Below are positions 22,007 through 30,784 of a stretch of 64,000 bases of DNA, piece by piece (the first letter of the stretch is position 1; every line of letters starts with the position of its first letter). The DNA is taken from assembly GCA_963777605.1 (NCBI GenBank), contig CAVZRV010000007.1, forward strand, positions 768,001-832,000, in the 5' to 3' direction. The position numbers were made by a program, and so were the translations under genes. A model generated the notes under the pieces. The model saw only the letters and a list, made by a program, of their open reading frames with translations, was not told the origin of the DNA and did no database searches. This stretch comes from an uncultured Acidobacteriota bacterium. GTDB taxonomy: Bacteria > Acidobacteriota > UBA6911 > RPQK01 > JAPXNP01.

Positions 22007-23386
22007 TTAGGGGATCGAAATGTTGAGCCGCTTGAGCTTCTCGTTCAAGGTAGTGGGATTGACCTTGAGCAGGCTCGCCGCTTTCTTCTGATTCCAGTCG
22101 GTCTTCTTCAGCGCGGTGACGATCAGGTTCCGTTCGAACTCCAAAACCAGATCGCGCAGCGAGGCACCATTGTCGTTCAACTGGAGCCGCTCAATTGAGA
22201 GAGACGTCGATTCGAAGATCTCGTGAGGGAAGAGTTGGCGAGTGATGACCCCGTCTTCGGGGGCGAGCACGACGGCTCGCTCGATGGCGTTCTCCAGCTC
22301 CCGAACGTTCCCGGGCCAGTCGTACTCCATGAGCAGTTTCAGTGCCCCCTGGTCCATCGTGCAGGGCGGGCGGCCATTGATCTCAGAGAACTGCTTTACG
22401 AAGTGTTCCACCAACAGACTGATATCGTCCTTGCGGTCGCGCAGGGGAGGCAACGGAACGGTGATAACGTTCAGTCGGTAGTAGAGATCGTCCCGAAAAG
22501 TTCCCGCGGCGACGGCTTCTCGCAGATCGACGTTGGTAGCCGCCACGATTCGAACATCGACCTTGATGTTCTCGATTCCCCCAATGCGACGAAATTCCCG
22601 CTCCTGGATAACTCTGAGGAGCTTGGCTTGAGTCTCATGCGGCAAAGTCCCGACTTCATCGAGGAAAATAGTTCCTTCGTCGGCAACCTCAAATAGACCT
22701 TTCTTGGTCGCAACCGCTCCCGTGAACGCGCCTTTGACGTGCCCAAAGAGCTCACTTTCGAGCAAGTCCTGGGGGATGCTTCCACTGTTGACCGCCACAA
22801 AGGGCTTGTCTTTTCGCGGGCTGGTATTGTGCAGAGCTTTGGCGACCAGCTCTTTTCCGGTGCCACTCTCCCCAGCGATCAGTATCGTGCTCCGGCTGGG
22901 CCCGACGTGAGAGATGAGCTCGAAAACGCGCTGCATCGGCTCGCTCTTTCCGATGATGTTCTGAAAGGCGTATCGCTTTTCGAACGACTTCTTGAGGCGT
23001 CGGTTCTCCAGTTCGAGGCTCCGCTGCCGCAACCCATTGCGGATGAGGTGCAGGAGTTCCTCGTTCTTGAAGGGCTTAGTGACAAAGTCGAAAGCCCCCG
23101 CCTTGGTCGCCTGGACGGCGTTCTCGACTGAAGCGTATGCCGAAATCATCACAACGACGATATCCGGATCGAATTCGAGGATTTCCTCAAGGGCCTGCAG
23201 CCCGCTCTTGCCCGGCAGCATCAGGTCGAGGAGAACCAGGTCGAAGGGCTCATCCCTGAGCTTGGCCAGCCCCTCGTCCGCGGTCGGAGCGGTCTGGACG
23301 GCGTAACCCTCTCTGCTCAGAAGCCTCGAGATGACTTCTCGCATGATTTCCTCGTCATCGATGAGGAGAATTGCAGGGTTCGCCAT
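22007..23386 (-). CDS. Sigma54-dependent response regulator (NtrC family)
   Basis: Receiver domain, GESGTGKE, GAFTGA, WPGNVREL, C-terminal Fis-type HTH. Confidence 0.96.
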   Translation of the reverse strand: MANPAILLIDDEEIMREVISRLLSREGYAVQTAPTADEGLAKLRDEPFDLVLLDLMLPGKSGLQALEEILEFDPDIVVVMISAYASVENAVQATKAGAFDFVTKPFKNEELLHLIRNGLRQRSLELENRRLKKSFEKRYAFQNIIGKSEPMQRVFELISHVGPSRSTILIAGESGTGKELVAKALHNTSPRKDKPFVAVNSGSIPQDLLESELFGHVKGAFTGAVATKKGLFEVADEGTIFLDEVGTLPHETQAKLLRVIQEREFRRIGGIENIKVDVRIVAATNVDLREAVAAGTFRDDLYYRLNVITVPLPPLRDRKDDISLLVEHFVKQFSEINGRPPCTMDQGALKLLMEYDWPGNVRELENAIERAVVLAPEDGVITRQLFPHEIFESTSLSIERLQLNDNGASLRDLVLEFERNLIVTALKKTDWNQKKAASLLKVNPTTLNEKLKRLNISIP

Positions 23387-23400
23387 GAAGCGGGCTCGAA

Positions 23401-26250
23401 CTAATTGACTCGCTTGACCGGGATGAAAACGGAGAAGGTCGTTCCTTTTCCAGGCAGGCTGTCTACCTTGATCCGGCCCGAGTGTTCCTGAATAATACCA
23501 TACGAAACGGCGAGGCCCAGGCCGGTGCCCCGACCTACCGGCTTGGTCGTAAAGAACGGATCGTAGATCCGCTTGATGTCGTCCGGAGCGATGCCTGTCC
23601 CCGAGTCTTCCACCAGGACCACCAGTTCAGAATTGACCTGCCGGGTCGAAAGTCGAAGCCGCCCCCCCTTGGGCATGGAATCACGCGCATTCAGGAAGAG
23701 ATTCATGAACACCTGCTGGAGCTTGCCGGAATTCCCGATCGTTGAAGGAAGTGTCGGTTCGAAGTCCATGTCGATCTCGATGGCGCTCTTCTTGAACTGG
23801 TGAGCCAAAAGGGACAGGGTGTCCAGCATCAGAGAGTTGAGATTGAGTTCTTCGAAATCGCGATCCGAAAAGCGCGCGAAGTTGAGCAGATTGTTCAGGA
23901 TATCGGAGGCCCGAAAACTCTGCTTCTCAATCTTCTCCAAAAGTTCTCGCTGCGGATCACCCTTCGGAGCATCCCCTAACAGCATCTGGGCATAACTGGA
24001 AATCGCCGCCAGCGGAGTGTTCACTTCGTGGGCGATTCCGGCGGCAAAGAGACCGATTGAGCTGAGGCGCTCGGCCTGCTGCAACTGGTTCTCCAACCGT
24101 ACCCGCTCGGTGATGTCATTAAATATCAGCAGGGTACCCGTATTGACATCCTCGTGGGAAATGAAGGGCGCGAGAGTGATGTTCAGCAGTCTCAAGTTAT
24201 CGTCGGCAAGTTCCAGGTGCGCCTTGTAGATCTGGTGAGATTCCTTCAGAACCCAGTCCGGCCCATCCACAATCTGGGCCAACACTTCGCGGAGATTCGC
24301 AGGCAATACGTCCTGGATCGGTCGACCGATTGCCGCATCCCTCGAGATTCCGGTCACAGCTGCCATGGAGCTGTTCCACACCGTTACGGTCCCGGAATCG
24401 GACACGACGGCAACTCCGAGGCTGATCGACTCGATCACATTTTCACTGTAGATCTGGAGTTCCAGAAGCTCGTTCGCCTTCTTCTCCAGGGATCGGTAAA
24501 GGAGGGCATTGTCGATGGCAATTGCCGCATAACCGGCCAGGCTGGAGACCAAGTCCAGGTCTTCGCTGGAAAGAAAGTCTCCGCCCCGGCGCCGGCCCAG
24601 GGCGATAAATCCGACCAGGCGGCCCCTCACCAAGAGAGGTTCCACGTAGCGCAGCCCACAACGGTGGAGCGACTCCCGCATCGGCGACAGCCTTTCCTCG
24701 CTCCCACCCATCTCCAAGGATGCTCCCTCGGAAGCCAATCGAAACAGTGCCGGTTCGGGAATTTCGAGAGAAGTGAGCCGGTCCACAGACTCCAGCCCGA
24801 CGCCGGTCTGGAGACGAAACGTCGCGCTCGTCCGATCGTCGCGCAGGAACACCGCTACTGCGGTCACATCGAGAGTCTGGTAAATCCGATTGGACACCTG
24901 TTCGGTCAATTTCCCCAATTGAATTTCGGAGCCGAGGGTTTTCCCGAAATCAAGAAAAGACTGGCGATACCCGTAGCGGTCTCGATAGAAATATCGATCA
25001 AGCTGTTCCTGGATCCGGTCGCGCAGCGGAGCAAAGAAAAACCCAACGGCCAGCGCGGACACGGCCAAAAGGAAAAAGCTGCTCTCGGGAGAGAGATCCT
25101 GGACCGCGCGTCCGATCAGGAGAGCGATCCCGACGTAGAAGGCAAGCAGGGTCGAGCTGGCCACAACGTAAGCCGCTCCCCGCTTGAAGATCACATCCAC
25201 GTCCTTCAGCCGGAACTTGGCAATCGCGTACCCGAAACTCAGCGGAACGAGGCAAAGCGAAATGACCGAGAACTCCATCCAGCGGGCAATCCGCAGATCG
25301 AGCAGGTAGGGGATCGCATACAGGACTGTGAATGGGAGCACCCCCAACAGACACCCAGAGGCAATCCACTGCATCTGCTTGCGCTGGACAGGGCGGTTCG
25401 TGCTCCGCTGGGCGCTCACAATGGCATAGCTCGCCAGAGCCAGGTAAATCACGAAATGCGCCAGTTCCAGTTTGTCGAGCACCAGGCCCGAGCGGCCGGA
25501 ACGGCCCCACCCGACAAAGCGCAACTGGCCAAAAAACCAGGCGGTGTGGATGACACCGAGCAGAATTGCCGGCGTGTACAGAATGAACTTCCGATGGGCT
25601 AGGCGCCCGAGAGCTTCCACCGGTTCCGGAAAGTAGAGGCAGAAATGCAGGATGATGGGAGGCAACAGCAGAAACGCCCCCGCTGAGAGCCAGTAGACTG
25701 CCACATCGAAAGCATCTGCTCTCCCTGAGTATCGGAACATCAGCAGCGCGAAGGCTACCAGGGAAAGTACGGCGAAATGAAAAGCCCCCGGTGCCCGGGA
25801 GTTCTTCATGAACGTCAGCACTCCTAAGATCAGGAACGCGAACGCCACCAGAATCAGGGGAAAATCCGAGGCCCCGAGTTGAGCCCTGCCTTCGAGCGTA
25901 ACCGGAACCGTAACCTCTGCTCCCGAACCAGGACGACGAAAGGTGTAGTCGGCCAAGGCTGCGGAATCGCGGCTCTCCACGAGGACTTCGGTGATCTCGG
26001 CATAATCATCGAGCGAGCGGACACGCAGCCCGTTGATGTCAACGAGGAGATCGCCCGGCTTGATGATCGCTTCAAGAGGCGAATTTGAGACCTCCGTGAC
26101 CACCACGCCCTGGTCCGACTGCTCCCACTGGATCCCGTCGATGGGACTTTTCCACTGGATGCGATCGGCAAGATTCAGCACGCCCAGGTAAACTAGTACC
26201 GGAGCCAAAGTGAGAATCAGAAGTGATCTTAGCCGACCGGACAAAAACAT
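23401..26250 (-). CDS. Membrane sensor histidine kinase (PDZ-like + multi-TM + GAF + PAS + HisKA/HATPase)
   Basis: H-box AHEVNTPL, NLFLNA, DSGTGI, GRGTGLGL; IKPGDLLVDING PDZ-like segment; start revised to ATG at 26250. Confidence 0.92.
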   Translation of the reverse strand: MFLSGRLRSLLILTLAPVLVYLGVLNLADRIQWKSPIDGIQWEQSDQGVVVTEVSNSPLEAIIKPGDLLVDINGLRVRSLDDYAEITEVLVESRDSAALADYTFRRPGSGAEVTVPVTLEGRAQLGASDFPLILVAFAFLILGVLTFMKNSRAPGAFHFAVLSLVAFALLMFRYSGRADAFDVAVYWLSAGAFLLLPPIILHFCLYFPEPVEALGRLAHRKFILYTPAILLGVIHTAWFFGQLRFVGWGRSGRSGLVLDKLELAHFVIYLALASYAIVSAQRSTNRPVQRKQMQWIASGCLLGVLPFTVLYAIPYLLDLRIARWMEFSVISLCLVPLSFGYAIAKFRLKDVDVIFKRGAAYVVASSTLLAFYVGIALLIGRAVQDLSPESSFFLLAVSALAVGFFFAPLRDRIQEQLDRYFYRDRYGYRQSFLDFGKTLGSEIQLGKLTEQVSNRIYQTLDVTAVAVFLRDDRTSATFRLQTGVGLESVDRLTSLEIPEPALFRLASEGASLEMGGSEERLSPMRESLHRCGLRYVEPLLVRGRLVGFIALGRRRGGDFLSSEDLDLVSSLAGYAAIAIDNALLYRSLEKKANELLELQIYSENVIESISLGVAVVSDSGTVTVWNSSMAAVTGISRDAAIGRPIQDVLPANLREVLAQIVDGPDWVLKESHQIYKAHLELADDNLRLLNITLAPFISHEDVNTGTLLIFNDITERVRLENQLQQAERLSSIGLFAAGIAHEVNTPLAAISSYAQMLLGDAPKGDPQRELLEKIEKQSFRASDILNNLLNFARFSDRDFEELNLNSLMLDTLSLLAHQFKKSAIEIDMDFEPTLPSTIGNSGKLQQVFMNLFLNARDSMPKGGRLRLSTRQVNSELVVLVEDSGTGIAPDDIKRIYDPFFTTKPVGRGTGLGLAVSYGIIQEHSGRIKVDSLPGKGTTFSVFIPVKRVN

Positions 26251-26313
26251 TCTCTCATCGCCGAAACAGCACTCTCCAGAGAGCGCACAATTACACTCTC
26301 CTTCACTAAACAA

Positions 26314-26329
26314 AGCACGTTGGGTGCCA
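26314..26329 (-). promoter_or_regulatory. Putative sigma54 (-24/-12) promoter of the kinase/regulator operon
   Basis: Minus strand TGGCAC-CCAAC-GTGCT with exact GG-N10-GC spacing, about 65 bp upstream of the ATG. Confidence 0.65.
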
Positions 26330-26423
26330 CTCTGAGGATTCCCGGGCCGATCCGCAAGAACTACGGACACCGACACGTTTTCCGCATTCTCGGAGACGGC
26401 ACGGCGCAATCTCCACGACAATA

Positions 26424-26465
26424 CTGATTCAATAATCTGAATCAGGGTTCACAATATTGAATCAG
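26424..26465. promoter_or_regulatory. Tandem palindromic operator/enhancer-like sites
   Basis: CTGATTCA-N6-TGAATCAG (perfect) followed by aggGTTCA-N6-TGAATCAG, 20 bp period. Confidence 0.55.
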
Positions 26466-26558
26466 CCGGCTTCCCGGGCTTCATTCAAAACGAACAAAAC
26501 GGGTCATTTCCGGCCAGATGAAGATGAGTACGGCAAGATGAGACTTCGGTGCGAAGCG

Positions 26559-28331
26559 CTAGAATTTGAAGGAAACCCCACCCCGAATCGACCTCACGTT
26601 GTGCAGCAAAGTCACCGAACCGGACGGGGTGTCGAGGGTACCCAGATCGTCATTCATGAGATTGCGGATGTCTAACAGGGCTTCCACGCGCTGGGGGGAG
26701 AGGAAATCGAGTCCGAAGAACTTGAGGACTTCTTCAGGAAGGGGTACGACCTGGCGAACAAAGAGATTCACCCCTTCATTCCCCGTGTCATAAACGTCCG
26801 AATACGAGTCAATTGTAACCAGGGGATCCGCATTCGGCACAAACTTCAGCACGGCCGCAAGATGGGTCCCGGTGACCGGGATATAAGCTTCCCACTTCGT
26901 CATGACACCATGAAAGGTACCCGCCCGAACGAACTGAGGAAACGATTCCAACGCGCCGACCTGCCCGAAGACTCCCGGAGCGCGTCCCTGCACGTACGAG
27001 ACTTCCGCCTGAAGGAGGTCTCCGAATGCTCTCCGCAGCGAGATCCTGCAACCACGGGTGTCCGCCTGGCCCGCTCCCAGCGGGAGCGCTTCGGTCTCGT
27101 GGGTCGGTTCCAGAATAGCCACCACCGGGATCGCCGGACTGAATGCCTGGTTACGGAAAACCGCAAACTCCAACTCGGTGCCCAGGGTAACTTCCTGCGT
27201 CACGCTGCCGACATAATGACGGCCGACTCCGAACACCGTGTCCCCACCGTACCGGGCAATGTTCAAAGGAGTCGACACGCTGACCCGCTCGCCCTCCGGA
27301 AGGAGAACCGTGTTCGCGACCGTCGATCGCTTGGAGGTCATCTCCAGGCGTACCCTGGTCTTCTCCATCGGTGAGTATTGGATTGCCGCGGAGGGGCTCA
27401 CAAAGGAATCCCGCGCTTCCCCTCGAACCTGATCTACGTCAACACCCCACGTGAACGTCAGAGCAGGACCCAGCACCACGTTGTCTTCAAACCCGACATT
27501 AAGCAACCTTGAGGTACCCGAGAGCGCAGCAAACTGTCCGTGCTCAGGAGCAACGTTCGGGTCGTTCATCAGTGCAATGCTCGGCTGCTCGAAACTCACC
27601 CGGCCATAACCCAGAAAGAGATTCAAACGGTGGTTGTCGGCCAATTGATAGCCGATGATGTTTTTGATCCGCCAGAGAGAGTCTTCACCCGAGTTGAGTT
27701 GCCCGGCGACGATCTGCCGAGTCTGCCCCAGCGAGGGCAACACCGCCGCAAAGCTCGTGGTGGTGCCACCGGCGACATCCCCCGGCACAACAACGTAATC
27801 GCTGCCGGGACCGCCACTGCCGTAGACCTGTACAACGGCTTCCTCTACCGGGTTGGCGCCGCGTCGGTCGTCCGGAAGTTGACCAGGATTCTCTCGGAAA
27901 ATCAGTCTTCGGGACTGAGAGGTGCGGAAAAGCGCCTTCAAGCCGACGTTCTCATTGTCGGTACCGAGGCTGAACATCTGCTGCAGGATCAGGGTAACAA
28001 CAGAGGTCTCGTCGGGAGCAATCTCAACCAGGCGGCTCACCGGAGTTCGGTAGTCGACACTCTTGACCGCCAATCGGTAGGTTCCGGCGACAAGCCCATC
28101 GATCAGGATCCGTCCCGAATCGTCGGTTCGGGCCAGGATGGGCAAGACAGCATCATCGCTGCGCCCCAAAAGGGACACAAACACATCAGAGAGCGGTCGC
28201 CCGCCTTCATCAACGACTAATCCACTGAGTCGCCCAAACGGCGTTCCGGCGGCAACGGTCTGAACCGACGCCAGCACGGCAACTGCCAGGATAAGGCCCC
28301 AGTATCTCCAGCTTCGCAGGGATTTTGCCAT
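26559..28331 (-). CDS. Carboxypeptidase-regulatory-like domain protein with a probable outer-membrane beta-barrel
   Basis: Signal peptide, GRLSGLVVDEGGRPL...TDDSG...GTYRLAV beta-sandwich, C-terminal GGVSFKF. Confidence 0.75.
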   Translation of the reverse strand: MAKSLRSWRYWGLILAVAVLASVQTVAAGTPFGRLSGLVVDEGGRPLSDVFVSLLGRSDDAVLPILARTDDSGRILIDGLVAGTYRLAVKSVDYRTPVSRLVEIAPDETSVVTLILQQMFSLGTDNENVGLKALFRTSQSRRLIFRENPGQLPDDRRGANPVEEAVVQVYGSGGPGSDYVVVPGDVAGGTTTSFAAVLPSLGQTRQIVAGQLNSGEDSLWRIKNIIGYQLADNHRLNLFLGYGRVSFEQPSIALMNDPNVAPEHGQFAALSGTSRLLNVGFEDNVVLGPALTFTWGVDVDQVRGEARDSFVSPSAAIQYSPMEKTRVRLEMTSKRSTVANTVLLPEGERVSVSTPLNIARYGGDTVFGVGRHYVGSVTQEVTLGTELEFAVFRNQAFSPAIPVVAILEPTHETEALPLGAGQADTRGCRISLRRAFGDLLQAEVSYVQGRAPGVFGQVGALESFPQFVRAGTFHGVMTKWEAYIPVTGTHLAAVLKFVPNADPLVTIDSYSDVYDTGNEGVNLFVRQVVPLPEEVLKFFGLDFLSPQRVEALLDIRNLMNDDLGTLDTPSGSVTLLHNVRSIRGGVSFKF

Positions 28332-28536
28332 CTTGCTACTCGGATCGGTGATCAAGGCTAGATTTTAAGACCTGATTCGCCCTTTCGTCAATCACCACAA
28401 TTTTACTCGAGTCCAGCGACAGGTTTGGAACACCCACCCACGATACCTTTATCGACGGGTTTGACGGGCCAATGGTTCACTCCAATTGGCGGCTTCGTCA
28501 AATCCGTTTTCAAGAAGCAGGTTTATACTGGCTCGG

Positions 28537-30060
28537 ATGAGTATTCGAGTCAGGTTCGCACCCAGTCCTACCGGTTTCCTCCACGTCGGCAACGTCCGCA
28601 CCGCCCTTTTCAACTGGTTGCTGGCAAGGAAACTGGGAGGGCAATTCATACTCAGGATTGAAGATACCGACGCGGAACGGTCGGAAGCCCGCTTCGAAGA
28701 CCAGCTTCTGGAAGACCTGCGGTGGCTCGGCCTGGAATGGGACGAGGGATTCCGCATCGGGGGTGACTACGGGCCCTACCGTCAAACGGAACGGACCCAC
28801 CTGTATCAACAGAAAGTCGATGAGTTGCTCAATGGCGGGAGGGCATACCACTGTTTCTGTACCCAGGAACAGCTGGAACAGGATCGTATGGAGCAGCATG
28901 AAAAGCAGGCCCCTGTTCGTTACGTTGGCCGCTGTGCATCCCTCTCCCGAGAAGAGGCCGAATCGAGGCTCCGGCGGGGTGAACCGGCTACCGTCCGACT
29001 CAAGGTCCGGCCGGGCAGTGTCACCTTCAAAGACGAGGTGTTCGGCCGCATTGAGGTGGACACTTCGACGATCGGCGACTTCATCCTCCTCCGTTCCGAC
29101 GGATCGGCACAGTACAACCTCGCCTGTGTGATCGACGACGCGTCCATGGAAATATCCCACGTCATCCGCGGAGAAGGACATCTCTCCAACACGCCGCGCC
29201 AGGTGTTGCTATATGAGAGTCTCGGCTGGCCTGCTCCAAATTTCGCGCACCTTTCGACCATCCTGGGGCCGGACGGCAGCAAGCTCAGCAAACGGCACGG
29301 AGCCACTTCGATCCCCGAGTTCCGGCGGGAAGGATACCTTCCGGAGGCCCTCCTCAACTACCTCAGTCTCCTGGGCTGGTCTCCTCCCGAGGGAATGTCC
29401 GAAATCCTCACTGCCTCGGAAGTTGTTCAGGCCTTCGACCTCTCGAGAGTGCAACTGAGCCCTGCGGTCTTCGATCAGGACAAGTTGAAATGGGTCAACC
29501 GTTCACACCTGAAAACGCTCGACCCTTCCAGGCTCGTCGAACTCTCCCGGCCCTACGTCGCCGGCGCGGGCTACCTCCCGCCGCTCGAGTCACCGGCCAA
29601 CCAGGCCTGGCTGGAGTCGCTGACCTCCCTGCTGCTCAACTACATTGACACGCTGGGCGATATATCCACGGAAGCCTCTGCCATGCTTTCGTTCGACCCG
29701 TCGTCCTCATTCGGAGATCCCGAAGTTGCCTCCATCATCGACGATCCCGCTTCGCTTCACGTCATCTCGGCACTCGACCAACTGTTGAATCAGGTTGGGA
29801 CCGAGCCTCTGACATGGGAGAGTTATCGGGACGTCGCGCTCAAGGTCAAGGAACAGACACACGTCAAAGGCAAGGCACTGTTTCATCCTCTTCGCGTCTC
29901 CATCACGGGGAAGGCCTCAGGGCCTGAACTGGATCGGCTGGTTCCCTTGATCGAGGCGGGCTCTCAATTGGGTACTCCCCAACCGATCCCCGGAATTCGG
30001 GAACGGGTCTCCGAGTTTCACCGGCTCTTGGAGGAGCGTCATGGTCATCTACGGGATTAA
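28537..30060 (+). CDS. gltX: Glutamate--tRNA ligase
   Basis: RVRFAPSPTGFLHVGN, RIEDTD, KLSKR; start revised to ATG at 28537. Confidence 0.97.
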   Translation: MSIRVRFAPSPTGFLHVGNVRTALFNWLLARKLGGQFILRIEDTDAERSEARFEDQLLEDLRWLGLEWDEGFRIGGDYGPYRQTERTHLYQQKVDELLNGGRAYHCFCTQEQLEQDRMEQHEKQAPVRYVGRCASLSREEAESRLRRGEPATVRLKVRPGSVTFKDEVFGRIEVDTSTIGDFILLRSDGSAQYNLACVIDDASMEISHVIRGEGHLSNTPRQVLLYESLGWPAPNFAHLSTILGPDGSKLSKRHGATSIPEFRREGYLPEALLNYLSLLGWSPPEGMSEILTASEVVQAFDLSRVQLSPAVFDQDKLKWVNRSHLKTLDPSRLVELSRPYVAGAGYLPPLESPANQAWLESLTSLLLNYIDTLGDISTEASAMLSFDPSSSFGDPEVASIIDDPASLHVISALDQLLNQVGTEPLTWESYRDVALKVKEQTHVKGKALFHPLRVSITGKASGPELDRLVPLIEAGSQLGTPQPIPGIRERVSEFHRLLEERHGHLRD

Positions 30061-30784
30061 TCCGGTTCTCGAAGCCCTGCAGTCGTCAACGTCCCGGGTC
30101 GAGCGAATCGTCGTTGCACGAGGAAAACACAGCGGCCGCATCCAGGACGTGATAGATCAGGCCCGCAGCGTCGGCATTGCGGTCCATTTCGAGCCGATCG
30201 AGAGCCTTCACCGCCGGGCCGGCGGCAAAGGCCATCAGATGGTCCTTGCGGAGATCGCGGAGATCACGTTTCGCTCCCTTGATTCGATTCTCGCCGAAAA
30301 GCCCGACCGGTTGCTGGTCCTTGACGGGGTGGAAGACCCCCGCAACCTGGGGGCCGTTTTGCGCACCGCCGAAGCGGCCGGGATTCACTCCATTCTGCTC
30401 CCCCAGCGACATACGTCAGGGGTCACTCCGACCGTTGTCAAGACGAGCGCCGGGGCCGCCCTGCACGTGAAGATCGCCAAGATCGGAAATGTCGCCGAGA
30501 CCCTCAAGAGGCTCAAGGAAGAGGGTTTCTGGACGGTCGGCCTGGATATGCAGGGGACGGAAGGCCTCGGGCATGTCGATCCAACGTCCAAACTGGTGCT
30601 GGTGGTCGGGGGTGAGGATCGGGGACTCCGGCGGCTGGTTCGGGAAAACTGCGACTTCCTCGTTCGGCTGCCGATGAAAGGACAGGTTTCTTCCCTGAAT
30701 CTCTCGGTTGCAGCCGGGATCCTCTTCTACCTGTTGATTGAGCGGGAAAGCGAAGTCACTTCCGCGGTTCAATCACCAGATTAA
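30041..30784 (+). CDS. rlmB: 23S rRNA Gm2251 methyltransferase
   Basis: IYGINPV, DPRNLGAVLRTA, GGEDRGL, SLNLSVAAG. Confidence 0.93.
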   Translation: MVIYGINPVLEALQSSTSRVERIVVARGKHSGRIQDVIDQARSVGIAVHFEPIESLHRRAGGKGHQMVLAEIAEITFRSLDSILAEKPDRLLVLDGVEDPRNLGAVLRTAEAAGIHSILLPQRHTSGVTPTVVKTSAGAALHVKIAKIGNVAETLKRLKEEGFWTVGLDMQGTEGLGHVDPTSKLVLVVGGEDRGLRRLVRENCDFLVRLPMKGQVSSLNLSVAAGILFYLLIERESEVTSAVQSPD

